Below are positions 39,852-50,949 of a stretch of 64,000 nucleotides of DNA, one piece after another; the first letter of the stretch is position 1, and each line of letters starts with the position of its first letter. Location: the NCBI GenBank assembly GCA_963741945.1, contig CAVUKA010000008.1:32001-96000 (forward strand). Reading direction: 5' to 3'. A program made the position numbers and the translations under genes. The DNA comes from an uncultured Gemmatimonadales bacterium (GTDB lineage: Bacteria > Gemmatimonadota > Gemmatimonadetes > Longimicrobiales > RSA9). The notes beneath the pieces are model-generated. The model searched no databases, was not told the DNA's origin, and saw nothing but the letters and a program-made list of their open reading frames with translations.

Positions 39852-40613
39852 ATGAAACTAACCTTGCATATCTGGCGACAGGCGTCCCGGACCGCGAAAG
39901 GGAAGTTCGAGACGTATCATCTGGACCACGTCTCGCACGAGATGTCCTTCCTCGAGATGCTGGACGTCTTGAACGCTCAGTTGATCGAGGAAGCGAAGGA
40001 CCCCGTGGCGTTCGACCACGACTGCCGCGAGGGCATCTGCGGCATGTGTGGCATGATGATCAACGGCATCGCCCATGGTCCCTGGAAGGAGACCACGGTG
40101 TGCCAGCTTCACATGCGCGCGTTCACGGATGGTGATGAGATCGTCCTCGAGCCGTGGCGTGCGGATGCATTCCCGGTCCTCAAGGACCTCATCGTGGACC
40201 GTAGCGCGCTGGACCGGATCATTGCGGCGGGCGGCTACATCTCCGCTCGCACCGGCTCGGCCCCCGATGCCAACGCCATCCTCGTTCCCAAGGAGAACGC
40301 GGACCTCGCCTTCGACGCCGCTACCTGCATCGGCTGCGGCGCGTGCGTGGCCGCGTGCCCGAACGCCTCGGCCATGCTGTTCACCGCGGCCAAGGTCAGC
40401 CACCTCAACCTGCTCCCCCAGGGCCGTCCCGAGCGCGAAGCGCGCACCCGGACCATGGTGGTGCAGATGAATACCGAGAACTTCGGCCATTGCACCAATC
40501 ACGGCGCGTGTCAGGAAGCCTGCCCGAAGGGGATCAGCGTGGATTACATCGCGCGCCTCAATCGGGACCTGATGCGGGCCAGCATTCACCGGCCGGGATC
40601 ACTGGTGGATTGA
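39852..40613 (+). CDS. sdhB: succinate dehydrogenase/fumarate reductase Fe-S subunit
   Basis: [31 protein letters not shown]. Confidence 0.96.
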   Translation: MKLTLHIWRQASRTAKGKFETYHLDHVSHEMSFLEMLDVLNAQLIEEAKDPVAFDHDCREGICGMCGMMINGIAHGPWKETTVCQLHMRAFTDGDEIVLEPWRADAFPVLKDLIVDRSALDRIIAAGGYISARTGSAPDANAILVPKENADLAFDAATCIGCGACVAACPNASAMLFTAAKVSHLNLLPQGRPEREARTRTMVVQMNTENFGHCTNHGACQEACPKGISVDYIARLNRDLMRASIHRPGSLVD

Positions 40614-40618
40614 CGCAG

Positions 40619-40704
40619 CGGTGCTCTGCGCGCCCCCTGGCGCGCAGAGCACCGGCGGTCACGATCGAAGGGCCGGAACGGGTTTCCGTTCCGGCCCTTC
40701 GATC
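40619..40704. terminator. two tandem perfect hairpins between convergent sdhB and dcd
   Basis: A 16-bp stem (40619-40654) and a 19-bp stem (40663-40704), each with a 4-nt loop. Confidence 0.7.
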
Positions 40705-40734
40705 ATGGTGCCCGTGAGGAGGCGAAGCGCGCCA

Positions 40735-41292
40735 CTACAGCCTGGGCGGCGTCACGCCTCGCTGCTTCTGGTACTTCCCGCCACGCTGTGCGTACGTGGT
40801 GCTGGGGACGCGGTCGCCCTTGAAGAAGAGGAGCTGAGCGATCCCCTCGTTGGCGTAGATCTTGGCGGGCAGCGGCGTCGTGTTGGAGATCTCCAGTGTG
40901 AGGTGGCCCTCCCATTCGGGCTCCAGCGGGGTCACGTTCACGATGATGCCGCAGCGGGCGTACGTGGATTTCCCGACACAGACCACGAGCACGTCCGAGG
41001 GGATGCGGAAGTACTCCAGCGTGCGGGCCAGCGCAAAGGAGTTCGGCGGGATGATGCAGTGGCCGTGACCCCCCATGTCCACGAAGCTCCGGGGATCGAA
41101 ATTCTTCGGGTCCACCACCACGGAGTAAACATCGGTGAACACCTTGAACTCGTCCGCCACCCGGATGTCGTACCCGTACGAGGATGTGCCATAGCTGATG
41201 GCACCGTCGCGCACCTGGCCGGGCTCGAACGGATCGATCATGCCATGCTGCTCGGCCATCTCACGGATCCAGTGGTCACTGAGAATCGACAT
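40735..41292 (-). CDS. dcd: dCTP deaminase
   Basis: [40 protein letters not shown]. Confidence 0.96.
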   Translation of the reverse strand: MSILSDHWIREMAEQHGMIDPFEPGQVRDGAISYGTSSYGYDIRVADEFKVFTDVYSVVVDPKNFDPRSFVDMGGHGHCIIPPNSFALARTLEYFRIPSDVLVVCVGKSTYARCGIIVNVTPLEPEWEGHLTLEISNTTPLPAKIYANEGIAQLLFFKGDRVPSTTYAQRGGKYQKQRGVTPPRL

Positions 41293-41393
41293 CCTCGGGG
41301 CCTCGCCTGCGCTGGAGTGGTGGTCTGGAACCTGCCCGATCGGGACCGCGCAAAGTAGGGCACGTCCGGGATCTCCGCCAACCCTCCACCGGG

Positions 41394-41422
41394 TTGACCA
41401 TGCATGGCCGTCCCGATACCTT
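41394..41422 (+). promoter_or_regulatory. sigma70-type promoter of the nuo operon
   Basis: TTGACC-17 nt-TACCTT. Confidence 0.7.
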
Positions 41423-41435
41423 CTTGCGGCTGTTG

Positions 41436-41453
41436 CTGTGACGGTTTTCACAA
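41436..41453. promoter_or_regulatory. palindromic operator, Rex-like (or CRP-like)
   Basis: CTGTGACGGTTTTCACAA, i.e. TGTGA-N6-TCACA, located between the -10 element and the nuoA start. Confidence 0.6.
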
Positions 41454-41476
41454 GGCCCGGAAAGGCGTTTCTTTCG

Positions 41477-41833
41477 ATGCTGCGCTCATACTTGCCGATC
41501 CTGTTCCTCCTGGGTCTGTCCGGGCTCCAGGCGATCGGGATCGTGGTCCTGTCTCGCATGGCCAGCGAGATGCGGCCGACGGCAGCCAAGTCGATGCCCT
41601 ACGAGAGCGGGATCCTCCCGCTGGGGAACACGCGCGAGCGGTTCAGCGTGAAGTTCTACCTGGTGGCGATCCTGTTCATCGTGTTCGACCTGGAAACGAT
41701 CTTCCTGATCCCGTGGGGCGTGTACTTCCGGCAGCTGGGGCTGTTCGGGCTGGTGGAAATGCTCTTGTTCATGGTGGTGCTGCTGGTGGGGCTGGTGTAC
41801 GCGTGGAAGAAGGGGGCGCTTCAATGGGACTAG
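41477..41833 (+). CDS. nuoA: NADH-quinone oxidoreductase subunit A
   Basis: [27 protein letters not shown]. Confidence 0.95.
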   Translation: MLRSYLPILFLLGLSGLQAIGIVVLSRMASEMRPTAAKSMPYESGILPLGNTRERFSVKFYLVAILFIVFDLETIFLIPWGVYFRQLGLFGLVEMLLFMVVLLVGLVYAWKKGALQWD

Positions 41834-42510
41834 AAGGGGCCGGCACGGGAACGCAGTTACCGGTCGTGGGCTCGGGGAAGGACGGGAACCCGAGCTTCCT
41901 GACCACGAAGCTGGATTTCGTGGTGAACTGGGCGCGTCGCAACTCCCTCTGGCCGATGCCGTTCGGGACGGCATGCTGCGCGATCGAGATGATGGCCAGC
42001 TACGCTTCCCGCTTCGACGTGGCGCGTTTCGGCATGGAGCGCATGAGCTTCAGTCCCCGCCAGGCCGACCTCCTGATCTGCGCGGGGCGACTGCCGTACA
42101 AGATGGCGCCCGTGATCCGGCGGATCTGGGACCAGATGCCGCAGCCGAAATGGGCCATCAGCATGGGCGCGTGCGCATCCACGGGAGGCGTGTTCGACGT
42201 CTACTCCATGGTGCAGGGGATCGACACGATCATCCCGGTGGACATCTACGTGCCGGGGTGCCCGCCGCGGCCCGAGGGGCTGATCTACGGCATCCTCATG
42301 CTCCAGGAAAAGATCAAGGGCGAGTCCCTGTCCAGGGAGATCCACTCCGTCACGCGCCACGAGGATCCCGAGCGCGCGGGCAAGCCCAATCTGCCGGCGG
42401 ACGTGATCGAGCAGATCGCCGGTCCGTTCGGCAACTCCACCAAACAGAACAAGCCGAGTGGCCTCGTGAGCACGCGTGCCCTCGCGCGACCCAGAGATCG
42501 GCGGCCCTGA
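41824..42510 (+). CDS. nuoB: NADH-quinone oxidoreductase subunit B
   Basis: [29 protein letters not shown]. Confidence 0.96.
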   Translation: MGLEGAGTGTQLPVVGSGKDGNPSFLTTKLDFVVNWARRNSLWPMPFGTACCAIEMMASYASRFDVARFGMERMSFSPRQADLLICAGRLPYKMAPVIRRIWDQMPQPKWAISMGACASTGGVFDVYSMVQGIDTIIPVDIYVPGCPPRPEGLIYGILMLQEKIKGESLSREIHSVTRHEDPERAGKPNLPADVIEQIAGPFGNSTKQNKPSGLVSTRALARPRDRRP

Positions 42511-42513
42511 ACC

Positions 42514-43272
42514 ATGGCAGACGAATTCGAAAAGGGCCTCGGCGGCCTGGAATCGGGCCCGGGGCAGACGGGCGGTGCTGCGCCCGAGCGCGGGCCCGCC
42601 ACGGACGTCGAGCATCCGGCGGTGAACGCGCTGCGCGGCCATTTCGGTGACGCCATCCTGCGCCACGAGCTCCACGCGGGGGATGAGCACGTGGTCTTTG
42701 TGGCGGCGGAGCGGGTTCTGGAGATCATGCGCTGGCTGCGCGAGGATGCGGACCAGCGCTTCGACTTTCTGGCGGACCTGACGGCCGTGGATTACGGTGG
42801 CGGGCGGCCGCTTCAGGTGGTCTACCAGCTCTGGTCGATCCCCAACAAGCAGGCGCTGCGGCTGAAGGCCGAGCTGCCGCTGGACGCTCTGCGCATCGAC
42901 TCCGTCGTCCCGGTCTGGCAGACCGCGAACTGGCTGGAGCGCGAAGTCTACGACCTGTTCGGCGTGGAGTTCGTGGGGCACCCGGACCTGCGTCGGATCA
43001 TGATGCCCGACAATTACGCCGAGGGTCACCCTCTGCGGAAGGATTTTCCCCTCCGAGGCCGCTTCAGCCGGGCCGAGCAGACGCGCCGCGCACTGGCCTT
43101 CGATCTCGCCGACTATTACGCCCCCTCCGAGATGGAGGCGGCCAGCCGCGGGACACACCAGGAATCGGAGCAGCGAGCAGACCGGACAGCGGCCGACGAG
43201 GCCGGCTTCCCTCCGGACACCGCGGAATCGCGGGATCCGCGCGACGCGGGAGAAGACGAGGAGCAGGGATGA
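42514..43272 (+). CDS. nuoC: NADH-quinone oxidoreductase subunit C
   Basis: DLTAVDY, ANWLEREVYDLFG, HPDLRRI, GHPLRKDFP. Confidence 0.95.
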   Translation: MADEFEKGLGGLESGPGQTGGAAPERGPATDVEHPAVNALRGHFGDAILRHELHAGDEHVVFVAAERVLEIMRWLREDADQRFDFLADLTAVDYGGGRPLQVVYQLWSIPNKQALRLKAELPLDALRIDSVVPVWQTANWLEREVYDLFGVEFVGHPDLRRIMMPDNYAEGHPLRKDFPLRGRFSRAEQTRRALAFDLADYYAPSEMEAASRGTHQESEQRADRTAADEAGFPPDTAESRDPRDAGEDEEQG

Positions 43273-44546
43273 ACAAGCGGACCGTCGAGTATCAGCTGAG
43301 TCGGAGCCCGATGGGAGGCGTGGAAGGTCGCGCCCCCGCGTCGCCGGTGCTGCCGGAAGGCATCGAGCCGGACCTCCACGGTGAGCACATGCTCATCAAC
43401 ATCGGCCCGCAGCACCCTGCCACACACGGCGTGCTCCGACTCGTGCTCGAGCTGGACGGGGAGACCGTGGTACGGTGCACCCCGCATATCGGCTACCTCC
43501 ATTCGAGCTTCGAAAAGCTCGGCGAGTTCCGGACCTGGAACCAGATCGTCCCGCTCACCGACCGTATGGACTACCTCACGCCACTCGTCTACAACGTGGC
43601 GTATGTGGCTGCGGTAGAAAAACTTATGGGCATCGAGATCACACCGCGCTGCAAGGTCGTGCGCGTGATGCTCATGGAGCTCGATCGGATCTTCAGCCAC
43701 CTGCTCTGGATCGGAACCACCGCCATCGACATCGGCGCGTTCACGGTCTTCCTCTACACGTTCCAGCGGCGCGAGGAGATCTACAACCTCCACGAAGCTC
43801 TCACGGGTGCCAGGATCACCACGTCGTCCACGCGGGTTGGCGGGATGATGGCTGACCTGCCTCCGGGCTTCACCGATGAGCTCCGCTGGTTCGTGGACGA
43901 GCAGATGCCGCGCACACTGGATGAGGTCGAGGTGCTGCTCACCTCGAACAACCTGTGGGTGGGGCGGAACCAGGGCGTCGGGACCATCAGCGCGGAAGCG
44001 GCGATCAACGCGGGTCTCACAGGGCCCAACCTGCGCTCCACCGGTGTGGACTACGACATTCGCAGGGACCGGCCGTACTACGACTACGACAGCTACGACT
44101 TCAATGTGGTCGTGGGCGAGAAGGGGGACAACTACGACCGGTATCTCTGCCGCATGGAGGAGATGCGCCAGAGCCTGCGCATCGTCCGCCAGACGCTCGA
44201 CCGTCTGCCCGACGGACCGATCAACGTGGATGACCCGCGCGTGATCCTGCCTTCCAAGACGGACCTCATGAACGACATGGAGTCCATGATCCACCATTTC
44301 AAGCTGGTCATGGAGGGCGTGAAGGCGCCTCCGGGAGAAAGCTGGTTCAGTGTCGAGAGCTCCAAAGGGGAGCTCGGGATGTATGTCGTGAGCGACGGTG
44401 GGTCCAAGCCCGTTCGCTGGCATGTCCGCGGTCCCAGTTTCGTCAACATGAGCGTGCTGCCGCAGATGGTGGAGGGCAGCCTCCTTTCCGACGTGATCGC
44501 GACCAACGCGAGCCTGGACATCGTGCTGGGGGAGATTGACCGGTGA
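43269..44546 (+). CDS. nuoD: NADH-quinone oxidoreductase subunit D
   Basis: NIGPQHPATHGVLR, DRMDY, ESSKGELG, C-terminal GEIDR. Confidence 0.96.
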   Translation: MNKRTVEYQLSRSPMGGVEGRAPASPVLPEGIEPDLHGEHMLINIGPQHPATHGVLRLVLELDGETVVRCTPHIGYLHSSFEKLGEFRTWNQIVPLTDRMDYLTPLVYNVAYVAAVEKLMGIEITPRCKVVRVMLMELDRIFSHLLWIGTTAIDIGAFTVFLYTFQRREEIYNLHEALTGARITTSSTRVGGMMADLPPGFTDELRWFVDEQMPRTLDEVEVLLTSNNLWVGRNQGVGTISAEAAINAGLTGPNLRSTGVDYDIRRDRPYYDYDSYDFNVVVGEKGDNYDRYLCRMEEMRQSLRIVRQTLDRLPDGPINVDDPRVILPSKTDLMNDMESMIHHFKLVMEGVKAPPGESWFSVESSKGELGMYVVSDGGSKPVRWHVRGPSFVNMSVLPQMVEGSLLSDVIATNASLDIVLGEIDR

Positions 44547-45274
44547 AGAATCCTGGGTGGGCCGGTGAGACCGGCGAATTCGAGCTCACCGAAGCGGAGG
44601 TCCGCGGCACCGACTACGTCGGGACCCAGCCGCCCGAGGGGTGGGATCACGGCGGCGTGAATGCAGTTCCGTATCAGCGGGCGGACCGCGACCCGGAGGC
44701 GCCGCTTTTCGAGGGGCCGTACAAGGCGAGGCTGGAGAAGATCCTCGCGCGATATCCCAATCCGCGCGCCGCACTCCTCCCCGTCCTCAACCTGGCGCAG
44801 GAGATCCGGGGGCACCTCTCGCAGGAAGCCATGGAACGCGTGGCCGAGGTGGTGGGCGAGTCGCCCGCGACGGTCCGGGGGGTGGCCACGTTCTACACCA
44901 TGTACAACAAGCGCGCTGTCGGTCGACACCTTATTCAGGTGTGCACCAACGTGGCGTGCAACCTGTGCGGCGGCCACGACGTTTTCGAATCCTTCCTCGA
45001 GCACACGGGCACCGAGCCGGGCGAGGTGAGTGAGGACGGCGAGTTCACGGTGATCGCGGCCGAATGCCTCGGGGCCTGCGGCTTCCCCACGGTGGTCCAG
45101 ATCAACAATCGCTATTTCGAGAACGTCGAGGCTGCGGATGTCCCGGCCCTGCTGGACCGGCTGAGGAAGCACGGCGTCGACCCGGTCGATGGCGCCGATG
45201 CCACTTCGGGGGCGGGTTCGGCTCCGGATCCGGAATCGAGTCGGGGCTCGAACGGCGCGCAGGAGGTGGACTAG
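44543..45274 (+). CDS. nuoE: NADH-quinone oxidoreductase subunit E
   Basis: VATFYTMY, CTNVAC, ECLGAC. Confidence 0.93.
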   Translation: MKNPGWAGETGEFELTEAEVRGTDYVGTQPPEGWDHGGVNAVPYQRADRDPEAPLFEGPYKARLEKILARYPNPRAALLPVLNLAQEIRGHLSQEAMERVAEVVGESPATVRGVATFYTMYNKRAVGRHLIQVCTNVACNLCGGHDVFESFLEHTGTEPGEVSEDGEFTVIAAECLGACGFPTVVQINNRYFENVEAADVPALLDRLRKHGVDPVDGADATSGAGSAPDPESSRGSNGAQEVD

Positions 45275-45275
45275 C

Positions 45276-46595
45276 ATGGCCTACCCGTACACGCACGAGA
45301 AGGAAGTCCGCGTCCTCTCCCGGGGCTTCGGCGACCCGGCTACGCGGACCGTAGACGGCTGGAAGAAGCTGGGCGGTTATACGGCGCTGGAGCAGGTTCT
45401 GGGAATGACGCCGGAAGAGGTCGTGGACGTCGTCAAGGAGAGTGGGCTCCGGGGACGTGGTGGCGCCGGCTTCCCGACGGGCGTGAAGTGGAGCTTCATG
45501 CCCAAGGAAAAGAAGGGGCCGCACTACATGCTCATCAACGCGGATGAGTCCGAGCCGGGCGCTTTCAAAGACCGCGAGCTCATGCGCTGGACGCCGCACC
45601 AGGTCATCGAAGGGGCACTGATCGCGGCCCACGCCATCCGGGCCCAGGACGTCTACATCTACATCCGTGGCGAGTTCTTCGAAACGGCCCAGATCCTGGG
45701 CCGCGCCATCGAGGAAGCCTACGCGCGGAACCTGGCCGGGAAGAACATTCTCGGTACGGGCCAGGACATCGACGTCACCATCCACCTGGGCGCTGGCGCG
45801 TACATCTGCGGCGAAGAAACGGCGCTGATGAACTCGCTCGAAGGGCGGCGGGGGCAACCGCGCATAAAGCCGCCGTTCCCGGCCGCGAGTGGTGCGTTCG
45901 CCGCCCCCACGACCATCAATAACGTGGAAACCGTCGCTGCCGTGCCGCACATCATCAGCAACGGCGGCGCCTGGTATCGGCAGTGGGGGACGGAGAAGAG
46001 CCCGGGGACCAAGCTGTTCAACGTATCCGGCCACGTGGTGCGGCGAGGCAACTACGAGCTCCCCCTCGGCTTTCCCATGGACGAGCTGATCTACGATGTC
46101 TGCGGCGGGATCCGCGACGGCCGAACGCTGAAGGCGGTGATCCCGGGCGGCAGCTCGGTCCCGATCCTCACGGCCGAGGAGATCGAAGGCCTGGCTTCGG
46201 ACTACGAGAGCGTGGCCAGGGCGGGGAGCATGCTGGGCACGGCGTCCGTCATCGTCATGGATGACCAGACGAACATGGTCACCCAGGTGCGGCGGATGGT
46301 GGAGTTCTATGCCCACGAGAGCTGCGGCCAGTGCACGCCGTGCCGGGAGGGGACGGCGTGGATGGCGAAGATTCTGCGCCGCATCGAGGCGGGCCAGGGC
46401 ACCCGGGCGGACGTGGAGACGCTGCTGAGTGTCGCGAAGAATGCCACCGGCACCACGATCTGCGTGCTGAGCGACTCTGCGGGCGCGCCGATCACGAGCT
46501 GGATCAACAAGTTCCCGGAGGACGTCGAGCGCCTGGTAGGCGAGGGGCGTCGCGCGGGAGTGGGCGTCGGGGCGGCGGCCCCGGCGTCGGTCTGA
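45276..46595 (+). CDS. nuoF: NADH-quinone oxidoreductase subunit F
   Basis: SGLRGRGGAGFP, NADESEPG, YICGEETAL, ESCGQCTPCREG. Confidence 0.96.
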   Translation: MAYPYTHEKEVRVLSRGFGDPATRTVDGWKKLGGYTALEQVLGMTPEEVVDVVKESGLRGRGGAGFPTGVKWSFMPKEKKGPHYMLINADESEPGAFKDRELMRWTPHQVIEGALIAAHAIRAQDVYIYIRGEFFETAQILGRAIEEAYARNLAGKNILGTGQDIDVTIHLGAGAYICGEETALMNSLEGRRGQPRIKPPFPAASGAFAAPTTINNVETVAAVPHIISNGGAWYRQWGTEKSPGTKLFNVSGHVVRRGNYELPLGFPMDELIYDVCGGIRDGRTLKAVIPGGSSVPILTAEEIEGLASDYESVARAGSMLGTASVIVMDDQTNMVTQVRRMVEFYAHESCGQCTPCREGTAWMAKILRRIEAGQGTRADVETLLSVAKNATGTTICVLSDSAGAPITSWINKFPEDVERLVGEGRRAGVGVGAAAPASV

Positions 46596-46614
46596 ACGGG
46601 GCGGGGAAGAGCGA

Positions 46615-48318
46615 ATGGCGAACGGAGAGCAGAAGAACACCGTCACCTGCACCATCGACGGGCGCGAGGTCACGGTCCCGAAGGGGACCCGGATCATCGA
46701 GGCCGCCGAGCAGATGGGGATCGGCATCGTCCACTACTGCTACCACCCGTCACTCTCGGCGCCGGCCATGTGCCGCATGTGCCTCGTGGAAGTGGAAGGC
46801 GCGCCCAAGCTGCAGCCCGCGTGCGTGACGCAGATCCAGGACGGATCGGTGATCCGTACGGACACGAGCAACGCCGAAGACGCGCGCACGGGTGTGCTCG
46901 AGTTCTACCTCGTGAACCACCCGCTGGATTGCCCGATCTGTGACGCGTCCGGCGAGTGCAAGCTCCAGGACTACGTCCACCAGGAGGGACCCAAGCACGG
47001 CCGCTCCCATGAGCCGAAGCGGGTGCTCGGCCAGGATGACTTCGGTGGCGACGTCGTCTACGACGGAGACCGCTGCATCATGTGCACCCGCTGCGTCCGC
47101 TTCATGCGGGAAGTGGCCGATGACGAGCGCCTGTGCGTGGTCCAGCGCGGCGACCGCAGCGTGATCGACACGTTCTTCGACGATGGGCTCACCGGCTCGC
47201 CCTTCGCCAGCAACATCATCGATATCTGCCCCGTGGGCGCGCTGCTGTCGAAGGATTTCCTGCACAAGGCGCGGGCGTGGGACCTCGACCGCACTCCATC
47301 GATCTGCCCCAATTGCTCACAGGGCTGCAACATCACGCTGGACACCCGCGACAACCTGGTCCAGCGCCTGAAGCCCCGGCACAACCCGGACGTCAACTCC
47401 TACTGGATGTGCGACTTCGGGCGCTACGAGTACGAGTGGATCAATCAGGGCGCCAACATCCTGCCGTACCCGGCGCCCCGCGCGGCGACGCCGCCGGAGG
47501 GGCCCCAGGCGCCGGCCACACTGGGCGATGACGGCCCCGGAGCGCCGTCGCGGCTGGACGAGCCACGCATCCGTGACGCCGGCGGGCTGCGCGGGGCCAC
47601 CTGGAAGGAGGCCGTGACGGCGCTCCTCCAGCGGCTCAGGGCGACGGAGGGCGGCATGACGATCGTGGGCTCCCCGTACTTCTCGAACGAGTCGAATGGC
47701 CTCTTGCGCCGCGTCCAGGAGGTCCTGGGCGGCGACATGGCGGTGTACCGGTCGCGCCGGACAGACCGGGAGGAGCCGCTCCCCGGCTATCCGAAGCTGA
47801 CCCGCAGGCGCGACCTCTCGGCCAACGCCCGCGGGCTCGAGCTGCTCGGCTTCGAGCGCGTCGGGGACGACGCCGGGAATGGCGGGCTGGAGCGGCCCTC
47901 GGGCGCGCTCTTCGTGCTCGGTGACTCGCTCGCCGACCTGCCTGCCGATTTCGCGGCCAACGCGTCTCTGCTGGTCTACCTGGGCACCGTCAGCGCACCG
48001 GCCATGAGCGAAGCGGACTTCGTTCTCCCGGTGACCAGCTTCGCCGAGGAGGAAGGGACGTTCACGAACTTCGAAGGGCGCGTCCAGCGGTTCTGGCCCG
48101 CACTCAACCCGCCGCCCATGGCCCGCCCGGCGTGGCAGGTTCTGGGCGTGCTCCTGGCGGGGCTGAACGATGGTGCCGCCCCGGGCACGGCGGGCGATGC
48201 CTTCCTCAGGCTGGCGGAGCTCTATGATCCGTTCAGCGGGCTGAGCTATCCGCAGCTCGGCACCCGCGGCGCGCTGCTCAACGAGCCGGTCCGGCTGGCT
48301 GCCGGGGAGGAAGGGTGA
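46615..48318 (+). CDS. nuoG: NADH-quinone oxidoreductase subunit G (short form)
   Basis: YCYHP, CRMC, HPLDCPICD, CIMCTRC, CPVGAL, CPNCSQGC. Confidence 0.92.
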   Translation: MANGEQKNTVTCTIDGREVTVPKGTRIIEAAEQMGIGIVHYCYHPSLSAPAMCRMCLVEVEGAPKLQPACVTQIQDGSVIRTDTSNAEDARTGVLEFYLVNHPLDCPICDASGECKLQDYVHQEGPKHGRSHEPKRVLGQDDFGGDVVYDGDRCIMCTRCVRFMREVADDERLCVVQRGDRSVIDTFFDDGLTGSPFASNIIDICPVGALLSKDFLHKARAWDLDRTPSICPNCSQGCNITLDTRDNLVQRLKPRHNPDVNSYWMCDFGRYEYEWINQGANILPYPAPRAATPPEGPQAPATLGDDGPGAPSRLDEPRIRDAGGLRGATWKEAVTALLQRLRATEGGMTIVGSPYFSNESNGLLRRVQEVLGGDMAVYRSRRTDREEPLPGYPKLTRRRDLSANARGLELLGFERVGDDAGNGGLERPSGALFVLGDSLADLPADFAANASLLVYLGTVSAPAMSEADFVLPVTSFAEEEGTFTNFEGRVQRFWPALNPPPMARPAWQVLGVLLAGLNDGAAPGTAGDAFLRLAELYDPFSGLSYPQLGTRGALLNEPVRLAAGEEG

Positions 48319-49613
48319 TGGAGACGCTGCACCAGGTGCAGGCGCTGAGCGACGCCGCGTTCGTCTGGGCGAGCCTGGCGAAAGTGGTCGTGGCCTTCGT
48401 GGTCGTGCTGCTCACCGTGGCCATGATGACGCTCTTCGAGCGCCGATTCGCCGGGTTCATCCAGGACCGCCTGGGCCCGAACCGGGTGGGCCCATGGGGT
48501 CTTCTGCAGCCGATCGCCGATGGGCTCAAGAATTTCGTGAAGGAGGAGACGCTCCCGGGCGAGGCCTCGCGCTTCTTCTTCGTCCTGGCTCCGATCCTTT
48601 CGCTCGCGCCCGCGTTCGTCCTTTTCGCCGTGATCCCATGGGCCTCGCCGCTCCCCACGCCCTGGGGCGTGGTGGACATGGTGGTGGCTGACGCACCCAT
48701 CGGGATCCTCTTCATCCTCGCGCTGTCCAGTCTCGGCGTGTACGGCCTCTTCCTGGCCGGCTGGTCGTCGAACAACAAGTACAGCTTGCTGGGCGGCGTC
48801 CGCGCCTCGGCGCAGATGGTCAGCTACGAGGTGAGCCTGGGGATGAGCCTGATCCCGGTGTTCATGCTTGCGGGCAACGTGCGGATCACGGAAATGGTGT
48901 GGACGCAGCAGGAAGGGCTGGGCCTCTGGTTCGCGCTCCCCCTCGGGCTCTCGTTCTTCCTGTTCGTGATCAGCTCGTTCGCGGAGACGAACCGGCTGCC
49001 GTTCGACCTGCCGGAGGCCGAGTCGGAGCTCGTGGCCGGCTATCACGCCGAATACTCGTCCATGAAGTTCAGCATGTTCATGATGGGCGAGTACGCGCAC
49101 CTGCTCACGCAGTCGGCGCTCATGGCCACGCTCTTCTTCGGCGGCTGGGACATCCCCTTCTGGCACGGCGACAACATGCGCATGGTCGCCAACGGGATCG
49201 TCCAGGGGGCCGACCCGGCGTGGTGGAAGACGCTGCTGACGTTCCTGTCCTTCGGGATCAAGACACTGTTCTTCGCGTTCGTCTTCATCTGGGTGCGCTG
49301 GACCGTGCCGCGGTTCCGCTACGACCAGGTGATGGACCTGGGCTGGAAGGCCATGCTGCCCACGGCGCTCGGCTTCATTGCCGTCATGGCCAGCACGATC
49401 CTGGTTCTGGACAGCATCGGCGTGCCGTTCGGCATCGGCTACGGGCTCATTCTGACGGCGGTCGACCTGGTGGCACTGTTCGTCTTCCTCTGGGTGATCG
49501 ACAGCAATCGGGTGATCACGGGGGGATCGCGACGAACGCCATCGACCCCGCCGGACGGGGAAGCTGCGGTCGAAGAGCAGCACCCGACCGTCACGGCGGG
49601 CACCGGCGCGTAG
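48315..49613 (+). CDS. nuoH: NADH-quinone oxidoreductase subunit H
   Basis: RLGPNRVGP, QPIADGLK, ETNRLPFDLPEAESELVAGY, PRFRYDQ. Confidence 0.96.
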   Translation: MMETLHQVQALSDAAFVWASLAKVVVAFVVVLLTVAMMTLFERRFAGFIQDRLGPNRVGPWGLLQPIADGLKNFVKEETLPGEASRFFFVLAPILSLAPAFVLFAVIPWASPLPTPWGVVDMVVADAPIGILFILALSSLGVYGLFLAGWSSNNKYSLLGGVRASAQMVSYEVSLGMSLIPVFMLAGNVRITEMVWTQQEGLGLWFALPLGLSFFLFVISSFAETNRLPFDLPEAESELVAGYHAEYSSMKFSMFMMGEYAHLLTQSALMATLFFGGWDIPFWHGDNMRMVANGIVQGADPAWWKTLLTFLSFGIKTLFFAFVFIWVRWTVPRFRYDQVMDLGWKAMLPTALGFIAVMASTILVLDSIGVPFGIGYGLILTAVDLVALFVFLWVIDSNRVITGGSRRTPSTPPDGEAAVEEQHPTVTAGTGA

Positions 49614-49641
49614 CGTCAGCAGAGACAAGAGAGGAGCAGGG

Positions 49642-50138
49642 ATGGCGATAGGAGTGAAGAGGGTGCGGCGGCCGGAGGGCGGCTCCTCGTATCTGCGGGC
49701 GGCGCTGAAGGGGATGGCGCTCACGTTCCGGCACATGGTGAACCCGCACAAGGTCACCCAGGAGTATCCGGACGAGAAGCCGAATATCGCCCCGCGCTGG
49801 CGCGGGACGCATTGGATGGAAGTGCATGCGGACGGCCGCCCGAAGTGCGTGGCATGCGGACTGTGTCCGACGATCTGCCCGTCCAACTGCATCCGTCTTG
49901 TGCCGGGCGAGGACGACCAGGGGAATCGCTACCCCATCGTCTACGAGATCGACGAGTTCCGCTGCATCTTCTGCGGAATGTGTCAGGAAGTCTGCCCTGT
50001 GGAAGCGATCCACGTGGGGCAGGATTATGAAGCCTCCGAGTTCACGCGCGAGCGCTTCGTCTACGATCTGGATCGTTTGATGGCGCAGGACCACCCGGTC
50101 ACTGCGCTCTGGGATCCCAGTGATCCACTCTCGGAATA

Positions 50139-50139
<1 letters not shown>
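49642..50139 (+). CDS. nuoI: NADH-quinone oxidoreductase subunit I
   Basis: CVACGLCPTICP and CIFCGMCQEVCP. Confidence 0.96.
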
Positions 50140-50654
<515 letters not shown>

Positions 50655-50655
50655 C

Positions 50656-50949
50656 ATGGTGACCTTGTCGCTGGTGCTGGCAGCGATCCTGTTCGCCATC
50701 GGTGTGGCGGGTGTGATGATCCGCCGCAACGCCATCATCCTGTTCATGTGTGTGGAGCTCATGCTGAATGCCGCCAACCTGGCATTCGTGGCGCTCTCGA
50801 AGGAGGTGGGGATCGATGGACAGGTATTCGTGTTCTTCGTGATGACCGTGGCGGCGGCCGAGGCGGCCGTGGGGCTCGCGATCATCATCTCCATCTTCCG
50901 CCTCCTCGAGACGGTGGACAGCAAAGACTTCAACCTGCTCCGGTGGTGA
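50656..50949 (+). CDS. nuoK: NADH-quinone oxidoreductase subunit K
   Basis: [22 protein letters not shown]. Confidence 0.95.
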   Translation: MVTLSLVLAAILFAIGVAGVMIRRNAIILFMCVELMLNAANLAFVALSKEVGIDGQVFVFFVMTVAAAEAAVGLAIIISIFRLLETVDSKDFNLLRW

